Source of the DNA: Octopus bimaculoides
Lineage: Eukaryota
Assembly: GCF_001194135.2 (NCBI RefSeq)
Contig: NC_068986.1
Coordinates: 47,397,158-47,450,517 of the forward strand
Reading direction: 5' to 3'
DNA length: 53,360 nt
Below are positions 27,263-39,623 of the stretch, piece after piece (position 1 is the first letter of the stretch; the number at the start of each line of letters is the position of its first letter). Below the pieces are notes generated by a model, which saw only the letters and a program-made list of their open reading frames with translations, was not told the DNA's origin and made no database searches. Position numbers and translations under genes: made by a program.

Positions 27263-28144
27263 TTCCTTTTAGGTGTCTTAAAAATGAAGCAGTTAAAAGA
27301 TTCAAATTTGAAGCAAGACGGTAATGAAAAATTTTAGTGATTTTACCTGGATTTCTTCTAGATCAAAGTAATAAATACATTATTCCAACAATTTGGAAAT
27401 ATTTAAATTATAATTTTATAATAATCACAAGCTTTCTTATGCTAGAACAAGGCACATATTTTTAACACTAAACTATATCTGATACACTAATTCAGTACAA
27501 TTCAACTCAAGTGATGAAAGTAAATTTGATCCATCAGGATTTTGGACACTGAATGTAAATACATACAAATTTTTAGTACATTGCTTTGATAATGCTCAAT
27601 GGGAGCAGAAATGCATTTGGCATCTTTGCAAGCTATTTCTGGATGATTTTTGTTACCCTCCATTATGTATATATATTGTGTTTTTAAATACATCATGTCT
27701 ATAAGTGATGAACAAATATCACAGTAAATTTGCCTTTCAATGATGCATTTACATTAATTATGATACATAGATGGCTGTTTTAATCTGATATTGATTCTAT
27801 TGTATGTAACAAAAATGTAATTAAATATTTCAAGGTATTGTGTCATGCACTCTGTTCTATTTTACCATCTACTGCCTCCATTTTTTTTTCAAATGGGCAT
27901 AAAGGCATACATTCTGTGTGAGAATGTAGTCAATAATATTGATCTCAGTATTTGACTGGCATACCCCACATTATAAGCACAGGCATAGTTGTATGGTTAA
28001 GAAATTTGCTTCCTAAACCATATGGTCTTGGGTTCAGTCTCTCTGTGTGGCATCTTCGTCAAGTGTCCAAGTGTCTTCTACTATAGTCCTGGGCCAACCA
28101 AAGACTTATAAGTGAATTTAGTGAATGGAAACTGAAAAGCTAAT

Positions 28145-28179
<35 letters not shown>

Positions 28180-28764
28180 ATCTATCTATCAATATGTATA
28201 TATATATATATATATGTATATGTTTGAGTAGAGAGTGGTGAGCATCTGACAACATTCCAGATGTAAGCCATCTTTTGCTTGACATGTGCTCTGGCACATG
28301 TCTGCACATTATTAGTCATGGCATAATGAATCCTTTTGACAAATAGAACTTGTTCCTTTCACAAAAAGTAAAAGAGAAGATGTTGCAATCTGATCAAATG
28401 CAAACCTAGGCAGGGCACTAACAGTCATGAGATGATCAATAAAGGAGATAAAGGTATATACTCACTACCCATACTAGATGTTTCAAGTCCATTTTCAGCT
28501 CTCAGTCCATTTGTGGGTGAAACTGATCACCTTGCTTATTAGTTTGCTATCAAGCTGAAAGTCTGGTCTGCTCCTGACTTGGGCTCATTTAAAGGACTGT
28601 CAGTTCAGTGCCTCCAGCATTGGGCAGTGTTGACTTGCCTCTTAGTGCATTGAGTTACAAGCCTACCTAATTGTCCCAGTTAATTTAAGTCTCTAATAAT
28701 CATAATTTCTAACATTTTGTTTTGGTGGGAGAAAGGTGCAACCAATTTAATCAATTCAATATTT

Positions 28765-29170
28765 AATTTATTTTTTTACTCGCTTCAGTCATTAGACAGC
28801 AGCCATACTGGGGCATTGCTTTGAATTTCACGTCAAATGAATCAACCCCAGCATTTAATTTTAAGCCTGATAGATATTCTATCGATCTCTTATGCCAAAC
28901 TGCTAAGTTATAGGAATGCAAACACACTAACACCAGTTGTCAAGTGGTGGTGGTGGTGGTGGAGACACACAAACACAGACACAAAGGCACATACACACAC
29001 ACACACATATATACAACAAGTTTCTTTCAGTTTTTCTCTACAAAATCCACTCTCAAGGTTTTGGTCGGCCCAAGGCTATAGTAGAAGACGCTTGCTCAAG
29101 GTACCATGCATAGTTCTGAATCCAGAACCATGTGTTTGGGAAGCAACCTTCTTACTACACAGCCACACCT
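28765..29170 (-). mobile_element. Near full-length SINE family A copy
   Basis: Reverse complement colinear with 17860-18280. Confidence 0.85.
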
Positions 29171-29979
29171 GCACCTGAAATTTATTTTATCAACTCTGGA
29201 AAGATGAAGGGGAAAAGTCAACTTCAGCAGGAATTTTAACTCAGTATATAGAGGGACACTACAAAGTACTCTAAACTATTTTCTCTGGCTATTTACCATT
29301 TTTATTATTAATCACCCTTCAAATCTATTAACAGTTATAAAAATGAATGAATTTACTTGTTTGCTACAGAAATATTTACAAAAATTTGTATTGAAGATAG
29401 AGAAAATGATCTTGGCAGCTTTCTGGATATTTACTGTTCAACACAAATTACCTTCCTAGACCCGATTGACAGCTGTTTAATTAAATTCATACTAATTTAT
29501 TACGAAAATGACAGGTGAAATAAGCAACAGATATTATTCATTGGAAAATAAACCGAAACAACATGGTGCAGTATTCATTTTGATTCCCATCAAGGAAAAC
29601 GGGTTTCACTTGGACAAATATAAGAAAAAGAAAAAACGAAAAACAAAATGGAAAGAATCAGTGCAAGGGTGGAGTAAGTATGGCAAAAAGAAAGCTAGAA
29701 GGAGAAATATAAAGATAGAGTGATGAAGTAAAAAAAAAAAAAAAAAAAGAAAAGAAATATTTGAATGGTTTAATAACAAAGCAGATGGCTTTGATGTGTT
29801 ACTGTAAATGGTTCCAATCTGAAGATGAATGTGTCAAGACGTGATTTAGTGAGAGAACATTAACAATAAGCAATGAACTGCTTTCATTTTCATGAAGATT
29901 CTCATTGTTGATTGAAATAGAGTAAGGACGATTAATTTAACAAAAAAAAAAAAAAAAGAAAAATTCAAATTGAGTAAAG

Positions 29980-30320
29980 TTCGTTCGTAATAAAGAGAGA
30001 ATGACGATGATGATGATAACAACAGTAACAACAACAACAACAATAATAATAATGGTGATGACAATAATGATATGATAAAAAAATACAAATGACACGGAAG
30101 ATGACAAATATGATGATAACAAGGAGGAAGAGGAGATGGAGGAGAATAAAAGGACAGAAGAAAAAGAATCAATAATGCTGCTATTGAAAGTAACAATAAC
30201 AGTAGCAATAAAAATAATAACAATAATAATGAAAACAGGATAAGGATTTTGATGAAATAATTTTGAAAAGGTGGCATTTTTTTGCCTTGATATTATATAT
30301 ATGTACATACATACAAATAT

Positions 30321-30376
<56 letters not shown>

Positions 30377-30397
30377 CTTATATACACATATATATAT

Positions 30398-30430
<33 letters not shown>

Positions 30431-30589
30431 CATGCACACACATATATACACATAAACATATACACATATATATACACATATATACTGTTTTATATATATA
30501 TATATTTTTTTTAATAGTTCCAGCTTAGAGCTGCGGCCACACACATATGCACATGTACAGCTATCTTTATATATGTATATATATATATG

Positions 30590-30668
<79 letters not shown>

Positions 30669-30670
30669 GT
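29980..30670. repeat. Compound microsatellite / low-complexity block ((AAT/GAT/AAC)n, (TA)n, (CA)n)
   Basis: Direct inspection. Comparable blocks at 12600-12690, 12960-13260, 17060-17680 (CT-rich), 21980-22330 (CA-rich), 24620-24710, 26710-27070, 47280-47390 and 49010-49110. Confidence 0.95.
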
Positions 30671-30979
30671 AAAAAAAAAAATTAAAAAAAGTAATGAAGA
30701 TGACTGTATTTTAGTCATTAATCAGTGACGATTATTTCAATAATCAGTAGAATTTATGTATTAATCAACATGGTAGGTGATACTTATAAAAATTATGTAA
30801 ACTCATGCAATATTAAATGACATTTCTACTAATCATTTCTTATTCCCTGGACTTACAGTTTGTAGGGGATGTCATTTGGATTAAGTAAACACTTCTGGTT
30901 TTATTCCCCATAAAGTATATACAATGCAAGGTTTGATGGAAAGTTGACTGGGATACTTGCCTGGATCCCCTACACACAC

Positions 30980-31330
30980 ACACATGGGTTTGACGATTTG
31001 ACTGAGGACTGGCAAGCCAGAAGGCTGCACCAGGCTCCAATCTGATCTGGCAGAGTTTCTACAGCTGGATGCCCTTCCTAACGCCAACCACTCCGAGAGT
31101 GTAGTGGGTGCTTTTACGTGCCAACGGCACGAGGGCCAGTCACACGGTACTGGCAACAGCCACGCTCAAAATGGTGTTTTTTACATGTCACCTGCATAGG
31201 AGACAGTCCAGCGGCGCTGGTAACAGCCTCACTCGAATGTTTTGTTCACATGCCACCGGCACAAGTGCCAGTAAGGCGACGCTGGTGACAATCACGCTCT
31301 AATGGTGCTGTTTATGGGCCACTAACACAA
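30980..31330. repeat. GC-rich interspersed repeat with ~60-bp degenerate internal subrepeats
   Basis: Recurring units ...ttttacgtgcca.cggcac....ccagt....gg..ctggcaac...cacgctc.aatg; its gctggatgcccttcctaacgcc end resembles the SINE B tail. Confidence 0.6.
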
Positions 31331-31849
31331 TCGTCTCTCTTGCATACACACACACACACACACGCGCGCACGCACGCGAAACAGGAATATGAAGTTAAAG
31401 AGAAGTTACAAGCTCTTCAAAGGACGTTCTCAGAATTATTGAAATCTAGAATTGTACCAATCTGGTTGTTTACGTAAAAACGAGAAAGTTTAATGAACTA
31501 TAAGTGAAAAAGTCCCAATGGAAGTGTTTGTAAACCAATTTAGAAAACATGGCTTATGCTAATTGAATTTACATAATAGTATTATTTAACATATTAGCTG
31601 AGATTGGAGTGTTTATAATCTGGGTAAGGTTCCAAAACAGATATCTGAACTTGCTAAATATATGAACCAAATATTAAGGATTTCTAACATAGACATGAAT
31701 TAACCTCTTTGAGACACAAGAAAAATGTTAGTTTTAAATAAGCATGTATTGAAAAAAGATATGCACATCAAGGAGGAAATCGTAGTTGAAGTAACAATAT
31801 CAGTAAAAATAAAATCGAAATTGTTGTAGGATAGCATTAACTGTTATCT

Positions 31850-32230
31850 GTGTCGAGCTAGGTCATTGCAACGAAAGCGACAAGGTTTGATATGTTTTTT
31901 ATTTATTTTTTTTTCACGACGTAAGAGTGTTCAGATAAGAGCTTGTCCTATTTTCTTTTATCAAATGTCACCAATTACTAAATGTGAACTGCTTGGAAGA
32001 GGTTTGCGTCTAGTATACAAACGCGCAAGCATGCATAACTCTCAAACTATCTCAGTTTGTTTATATATCACTATCAGTAATAATTATTGGCTAGACAAAT
32101 AATACAGCTGACTGCTGCTTCTGTCCAGACGCTATTGGGAAACACTAAACATGGTGAGCAGAGTAGAATTAAAGTTGATTATGTAGGGGTGCATTGGCAG
32201 AAATGTTAAAGCGTCTGACTTGATTGGGTA
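31850..32230. promoter_or_regulatory. Candidate promoter with clustered CCAAT boxes
   Basis: ATTGG at 32086, 32134, 32193 and 32223 (same orientation) and CCAAT at 31971, in non-repetitive CpG-retaining DNA at the edge of the CpG-depleted domain. Confidence 0.35.
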
Positions 32231-32384
32231 TTTTCAAACTATTTAACCCTTTCAATTCACCCACTGAGGTCAACTTTGCATTTCAACCTTCTGAGGTTAA
32301 TAAATAAAGTATCATTGACGTATTAGGGCTGAATCCATCTAATTTCTGGTCTTGTACGTATGCAAGAAACAACAACAACAGTAA

Positions 32385-32700
32385 TAATAAGAGCACTCAG
32401 AGAGCGCAAACCTTCGCCAAGGTAATACCAACATCCTCTCAATGATTTGCCAGAGATGATTTTTAAAAATATGAACATCTGAAATAAACTCGACTATTCT
32501 CACAAACGAGAATATTAAAAATAAACTCAAAAATTAAATAAGAAAACAGGAAAAATAATCCAGAATCCTTGTCCGGTACCGGATCGATTCCAAAATCTAA
32601 ACAGTTCGTGCCAGTCATGATGCCAAATATCCCTGAAAGTTTCATCTGAATCTATCCAGCGGTTCTTTAGATATCTTGTCCTGTCCACGGACAAACAAAC
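32385..32700. mobile_element. Possible non-autonomous Helentron-associated (HINE-like) repeat fragment, cut by the L1 insertion
   Basis: 12-bp palindrome tccggtaccgga (32572-32583), a core reading gatatctaagaaccgctggatagattcagatgaaactttc on the minus strand, and a caaacaaac end. The family call rests on recalled resemblance only. Confidence 0.4.
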
Positions 32701-32704
32701 GGAA

Positions 32705-34330
32705 GATGGCGCAGCCATCGTATAGCGGTGCAACTGAGAAAGGGCCCAGAGGAAAATGACTGATAATTTTAGGCCCGCAACTCTGCTAAAAGCAAGGTTC
32801 AAGGTTTTGGCCAAAGTGACAGCCAAGAGGTTGGTGTCTGATATTGATGGTCTTGTCGGTGATGCGCAGACAGATGCAATCACAAACAGTTTCATCTATA
32901 ACAACAGCAACCATCTCGCGAGATACATCATAGAAAAGTGCAATGTACAGTGACATTTGTTCGCTGGTCAAAGTAAATGTCTATCTTTCGGAATGATCCA
33001 GTATTATGTGCGTTTCCTCTGTCAAGGTTGTCCTCTCTCCGCACTTCTGTACATACTGAACTTAAGAGGCACTGCTGAAGAAGTTGAAGGTTTCGAGGAG
33101 CATCCCGCGTAACTCTAAGATACGGAAAATCCGAGTTTGCCGACGCGGATGATGTCACCAAATTAGCGTCGGGTACCAAACAAGATGATCGACACTACTC
33201 TAAGTGAATACGAGGTGGTGACAGAAGCAAACTTTAACCAGGATCATTATGGCGGACCAGAATGGAATGCATTCTTCTTTTGCTTCCTATGGAGGAGTGT
33301 TTTCTGCTGGTCTGCTTTTATCCGTTGCGTGGAAGTTTAACCACATTGTAGCTCGTGATGCGCAGACATGCATTGAGGCTACATCTCCAGCCTTTCCTTG
33401 ACTGTGAGTAGATGTGGTCGTCGTTTGCCAGACGCACTTATCTGCGACTCGTATTTTGACAAAGATATAGTCCTGGATCAAACGTAGCCCGAAGTTGGGT
33501 TCCCGGTACCTAGAGTTCTCTTAAGACGCTACTGCTCTCTGGAAGTCGGGCTGTGCGGTCAGTGGATGTTCTACTACGATATGTTGTTCTATAGAAATAT
33601 AGAGATACGTAGGAGCGACGACATCATTGGGGAAATTCTGGGTTTCGATGACAATCATTAGTTGGTTTTTCCGGAGGACCTTCGGACAGGGGTTTATGAA
33701 TAATTTCCAGAAATTTCTGGCCTAGAAGTGTTACTGGGGGTAAAGGATATTGTCTAGAGACATGGAAGTGCCTGCCTGAAACGTGCACGGGGTAACGACA
33801 CTGTGTTTCATACATTTGTCCAATGCCTAGGTATTGCTGACTAGTGGAGTTACCTCGAACACCTACTGGTGCGTGTAAGACAGAACCAGTTCTCAGTTGA
33901 GTTCATTATGGAAGTCATTCCTCCGCTTTCGTTTGACCGAAAAATACAGAGTATTTTCATTTGTCTGGTGGCTTTGTTGGAAATGGTTGTGTGGTGAAAA
34001 AGATGGAAAGGACCGAAGACAGACTTCTGCCTCTTTGGCCAAGCCCTTATCGACTTTTTCAAGTTCTACTTAAAAAGGAAAGTGAGGGTGGTTAAAATGT
34101 GCTGCTACACAGAAAATTTGTTGAAAGGTGAATGAGCGGCAAGAGTAGTCCGAGTGACTAAACAGCTTTGCTCTGAACAAACCTGTTCGCCTGTAGATTG
34201 AAGGAGGAGTAAATCACGTGTCGGCGCTTACCCGACAAGTCAGGGTGATTGTGATTTTGTGGCGTTCCCATAAATAGTCCTGTTTAGGAAATTGTTTCTT
34301 TGAATTTTTCTTTTCTTTTTAACTTTTCTT
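32705..34330 (+). mobile_element. Decayed, 5'-truncated L1/Tx1-clade LINE ORF2 fragment (RT plus C-terminal zinc-finger region) with internal deletions
   Basis: Manual translation gives DNFRPATLLKARFKVLAKVTAKRL...GDAQT (RT1-2, 32756-32953), GQSK (cf. DQSKAFD), QGCPLSALLYIL (RT4), ADADDVT (YADD-like) and YEVVTEAK. Further on: NDTVFHTFVQC...*WSYLEHLL (degenerate CCHC finger) and IFICLVALLEMVVW*KRWKG...LIDFFKFYLKRKVRV (Tx1-type C-terminus). Many stops and frameshifts. Confidence 0.9.
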
Positions 34331-36221
34331 TTACTTGTTTTCAGTCAGTTGACTGCGGCCATGCTTGAGCACCGCCTTTAGTCGAGCAAATCGCCCCCAG
34401 GACTTATTCTTTGTAAGTCTAGTACTTATTCTATCAGTCTTTTTATCCGAACCGCTAAGTTACACACACACACACACACACACACACACCGCGCTTGATA
34501 AAATACCATACCTCATGCGCCTATTATCATTAGCAGCTTTAAGGCATTTCGTCTTTTTTTACGTTCTGAGTTCAAATTCCGCCGGTGTCGAATTTGATTT
34601 TCATCCGTTTGGGGTCGATAAAATAAGTAGCAGTCGAATACCGGAGTCGATGTAATCGAATTACTACTCCCCCGGAACTGCTGGCCTTGTGCTAAAATTG
34701 GAAATCATTATTAGCAGCATTACTACTCATATGTCCTGCATTTGGTGGATATGTATTAAAAAAAAAAAAACTTTTGATTTGATTTACTTTCGATTTCGTT
34801 CCTGATGATTTTTCAGAAGGTATTGAGTGACATAAAAGAAATCGTTAATGATATCAGAAGTTGGCGTCATCGTCGTCATCACCACCCTCATAGTCGTCGT
34901 CATCGTCATCATCGTCGTCGTCATCGTCATCATCATCATCATCCCCTACACCAAACCACGACCACCATCATCATCACGACCACCGTCAATCCCCACTCCC
35001 GACACACAAAAAAGAAAGAGCTTAAATTTCTATGTTAACCCGAATAATCAACATCACATCTATTCGACGGGGTTTGAACTGAAGATAAATATTACTTGTA
35101 TCTTGCAACTTTGTATTGATTAATGGTAATAGATATATTGTGGCTGTTGAATACCCAGGTCAAGCAAGGTTGCTACTCAAATACTTCGAATACATCTTAC
35201 TCAGTTTTATCTTTCATCATAGATGTTGTCATACCGTGTTTAATGAAGACTGCAACGTTTAAACCTTCAAGAATATTCCCACTAATACCGATATTAGCTC
35301 AGTTGATAATATAGTTAGTGTGCAGCGCCTCATATACTTTCTCCTAGATATTGTGGATCGGAACAAGTATTAGGCGAGTTTAAAGTATGAAGCTTGTTTT
35401 CGAACCATGTGGTCTTGGGTTCAGTCCCATTGCGCGACACCTTGCGAAAGTGTCTCCTTCTATGGATTTGGTGGACGGAAACTCAAAGAAGTCTGTTGTA
35501 TACACACACGTGTGTGGATCAAAATAGTTTCAATAGATTCAAACTCCTAGGTAGTCTGAGTTTCAAGCGTGTCGCTAGTCTTCGGCTATTGGGGCTTGAA
35601 TGAGAGGTCGAGTGAAGAGAGTCACTGTTTACTACTGGACGTTAGCCTGCGATTGGTCAAGAAAGGTCACGCGGTGTCACAGTTTGGTGCTAGTATTTCA
35701 GTGACAACAATTGCCTGGAAAATACCGCATAGTGAACGGGAAATCGAGCACGTGGTGGACAGTAAATCGGTCGCGTGGCTGGGGGAGGGAGTAGGATGGG
35801 GCGGTAGATGTGGGAGTATATTTGTGTACATGGATATGCCCATATATCTGCGTGTATGCATCAGTACTTATACGAGTGTGTATGTGTACGTAGATGTACA
35901 TTCACACATCCGTGCACGCGTTTGCGCACACACACGCACACGGACGCACACGCACATACTTGCACGCGTATACATATGTGTACACACACACACACACACA
36001 CACACACGTATGCACCCTTTTATCTCCATGTATATATGTATATATGTATTCAAAGAAAAAATTAAATGGTGCAATGCAGTAGTATTGCTTGCCAGTAAAA
36101 CAAAGCACCATCAGGTTAAAGTATGAATATAGAATAGTGGTACAACAATGCACCAATAGTTACAGTAAATATTGGTGCATTGTTGTGCAACTATCCTATA
36201 TATATATATATATATATATAT

Positions 36222-36985
36222 NNNNNNNNNNNNNNNNNNNNNNNNNNNNNNNNNNNNNNNNNNNNNNNNNNNNNNNNNNNNNNNNNNNNNNNNNNNNNNN
36301 NNNNNNNNNNNNNNNNNNNNNNNNNNNNNNNNNNNNNNNNNNNNNNNNNNNNNNNNNNNNNNNNNNNNNNNNNNNNNNNNNNNNNNNNNNNNNNNNNNNN
36401 NNNNNNNNNNNNNNNNNNNNNNNNNNNNNNNNNNNNNNNNNNNNNNNNNNNNNNNNNNNNNNNNNNNNNNNNNNNNNNNNNNNNNNNNNNNNNNNNNNNN
36501 NNNNNNNNNNNNNNNNNNNNNNNNNNNNNNNNNNNNNNNNNNNNNNNNNNNNNNNNNNNNNNNNNNNNNNNNNNNNNNNNNNNNNNNNNNNNNNNNNNNN
36601 NNNNNNNNNNNNNNNNNNNNNNNNNNNNNNNNNNNNNNNNNNNNNNNNNNNNNNNNNNNNNNNNNNNNNNNNNNNNNNNNNNNNNNNNNNNNNNNNNNNN
36701 NNNNNNNNNNNNNNNNNNNNNNNNNNNNNNNNNNNNNNNNNNNNNNNNNNNNNNNNNNNNNNNNNNNNNNNNNNNNNNNNNNNNNNNNNNNNNNNNNNNN
36801 NNNNNNNNNNNNNNNNNNNNNNNNNNNNNNNNNNNNNNNNNNNNNNNNNNNNNNNNNNNNNNNNNNNNNNNNNNNNNNNNNNNNNNNNNNNNNNNNNNNN
36901 NNNNNNNNNNNNNNNNNNNNNNNNNNNNNNNNNNNNNNNNNNNNNNNNNNNNNNNNNNNNNNNNNNNNNNNNNNNNNNNNNNNNN
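36222..36985. other. Assembly gap (largest of six: 11598-11682, 11841-11850, 36222-36985, 38729-38742, 46465-46830, 50994-51174)
   Basis: N runs, nearly all bordered by (TA)n or (CA)n; ORFs spanning them are artefacts. Confidence 0.99.
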
Positions 36986-37019
<34 letters not shown>

Positions 37020-37804
37020 TAGTGGTGCAAAAATAGGTATACATTCATGTAAAAGAAAACACGTACAATACTCATTTATCTTTATTTAAAAAAATTTAAA
37101 GTTACGATAACAGTATTATTATAGTAATGATAAATGTATCATTATGGTTAATGACACTGAAAATATCAAAAATGAGGCTAATTGATTTAGTGTGCTAATA
37201 ATTCTAGTGAATTAAGTATTATGACAATGATGTGATGTGATATTTACTGTATACCTACTTTTGCACCTCACCCTGTTTGTGTGTATATGTGTGTGTGTTT
37301 GTGTGTTTGTGTGTGTGTGTGTGTATATGTTTATGAGTGTCATTGTATTTTTAGTCTGTCCCCGCCACCAACGCTTGTCAACTGTTGTTGATTTGTTTAT
37401 ATCGTCATAACTGGGGGTCAGTTGGTTCACTGAACCCCTGAAGGTGGCACTGTAGCATGGACGTAAACGACAGAAACAAGTGAAAGATAAAAGGTAATGG
37501 TATAATAGTGTTGTATGGGCAGGCTTCCGTGAGAAATCGTTTCTTATTGTAATATTGTTATTTAAAAGAGTGGTAATCATTATAGAATAACAAGTTTCGT
37601 CGTTCGTAATTCGGCTACTTATCTGGTTAAGGTAGAATTCATTTTTGGACAATAATTGTTTTCGAACATTTTCAATGCCTTTAATAAACATTTTCATAAA
37701 CTATAATACCGCATATTACGAATTCTTGAATGATTCAGAACAGTAATATCTTTAAACAGATAACGAGTATAACAAGGATTTATGGAAACAAGAAATAATC
37801 TTAC

Positions 37805-37864
37805 CGAGCATTCACCCCGGACATCCCTTCTCCAGTCACATGATCCAGACCCAACTCTTTGCCT
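37805..37864 (-). CDS. Candidate 60-nt internal exon of an unidentified minus-strand gene
   Basis: Long polypyrimidine acceptor ...tttcttttgtaattctag| and donor CG|gtaaga; GC-rich relative to flanks; length a multiple of 3. Two open frames: GKELGLDHVTGEGMSGVNA or RQRVGSGSCDWRRDVRGECS. Confidence 0.5.
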
Positions 37865-38670
37865 CTAGAATTACAAAAGAAATTAAAAATAAAAAAAAAC
37901 TTCGTGTCAGTAACATTTATGATTGGTCTTATCAATTTTTTCTTCATACAAATTTTATTGAAAGGTACCTTAAAAGCTGCTCATAAAGAAAGATTAAGGA
38001 GAGAAGTTCTTGGTTTCGAGTCTAGCATATTTATACTTTAGAGCATATAATCCTTAAGGAACATACGCAAATGCATACATGCATCTCTCTCTCTCTCTCA
38101 TTTATACACACACACACACAGATATATATAAAGCAAATGATGAAGACGGAAAATGGAATGAACGAGAAACTTTATTGCTCACAACAATGGTTTCTACCCA
38201 TCCTGCAGCGATCATCGCGGGTGGAATATTGTACAACTGGTTGTGATGCATCTCTTGGTGCAGAAGTGTTTCGTCAGGTGATGTTATAAGGGGTTTCTCG
38301 TTAAATAAACCCCGTTTCGCACGGTTCTAATACAGCATGTTGTTAATGACCGTAGGTTTAAGCTGTTGGGCAGGATTATATATGGATTGTTATATTTCAG
38401 GATGTATTATATATTCGTCCAGAATTCAGTAAACACAATAGGAGGAGACGGTATGAATGGAGAATCGGTGAAGAGGTCACAGGAAGTGTGACGAAAGATT
38501 TAAGACAAAGGACACAAAAATAAGAACAATAATAAATCTGAAGTGAATCTGAATAACGTGTCTTTATTTAGAAAAATTAAAAAAAATGCCCATCCTGAAA
38601 TATAACATTATCTGTTTCAACACACGATTTTCGCATCAGGAAACTAGTAAAAGAAATGCATAAACGTATA

Positions 38671-38707
<37 letters not shown>

Positions 38708-39623
38708 GTGTGTGTGTATATATATATANNNNNNNNNNNNNNTGCTCAATCTTGTCAGATGCAGGAGGTTTCAACGGCTGCAAGTTTTACATTATGTTCT
38801 GTAATTTTCTTGGCCGGCGAAGGGTATTTTCTGACAAATTGTAATTTCTCTTGAGAAAATTAAAATATGTTATGTCAATCATTTTACCTTATATTAAAAT
38901 TGAAAGAAATGAAATTGAGTCCTTTTTTTTGAAATTACATGAGCATTAAAATGATTAAAGTATGGAAATATGTTAGACACGAAACCTACTTCAGAGCAAG
39001 AACCAATGTCAAATGGTCACAACGATCAAAGTAATAACTCAAGATCGACTTTAAATACAGGAATTCTTTCCTCGGGATCATAAAATGATTGCAAGATAAC
39101 AAATAACTTTTGCTGGCTGACGAAATATCTTTCAGTTTTAGAGGGCTGTGGCTTTATAACATTACATTTCTTAATTAGAGAAGGCAAACTCAGTTGTCAG
39201 GAATTTGGTGCTTCGTCCACAAAAAGAAAAAAATAATAGATTTGTGAGTTGTCCTGTGACCAACCAGCTTGGACAATTTTAAAACTGCTTACAGTGCAGT
39301 TTGATAAATCATGGATTCCGTGCAGAAAATTTGGAATAGCGATGAAAATCTTAATTTCAAATGTACATGTCCTATCTCTTAATTAGCTAATTATTTAATG
39401 AGTTCGATTCCACAAAAAATAATTTAGGAATCAAGAAATTGTTGGCAAACCTAAAAATTTACTCTGTTTAAATGTTGCCCAGATTTTCTATATTCGAAAT
39501 CTTTTGGTCAAAAGTCACTTGCTTGTTTTATACATACATACATACGTTTATATAATAGAATTAATTATTTGTCTTTCGCAGACTATCGTTATTGTTCTTT
39601 CTTCTTCTTCTTATTATTATTAT

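Noticed and set aside
35200-35345. Minus-strand exon-like segment with an in-frame TGA (EKVYEALHTNYIIN*ANIGISGNILE...)
   Set aside because: Weak acceptor; it looks more like a decayed LINE RT motif (KAFDxVxH...GIxGxLL) than a selenoprotein exon, and neither reading is well supported.
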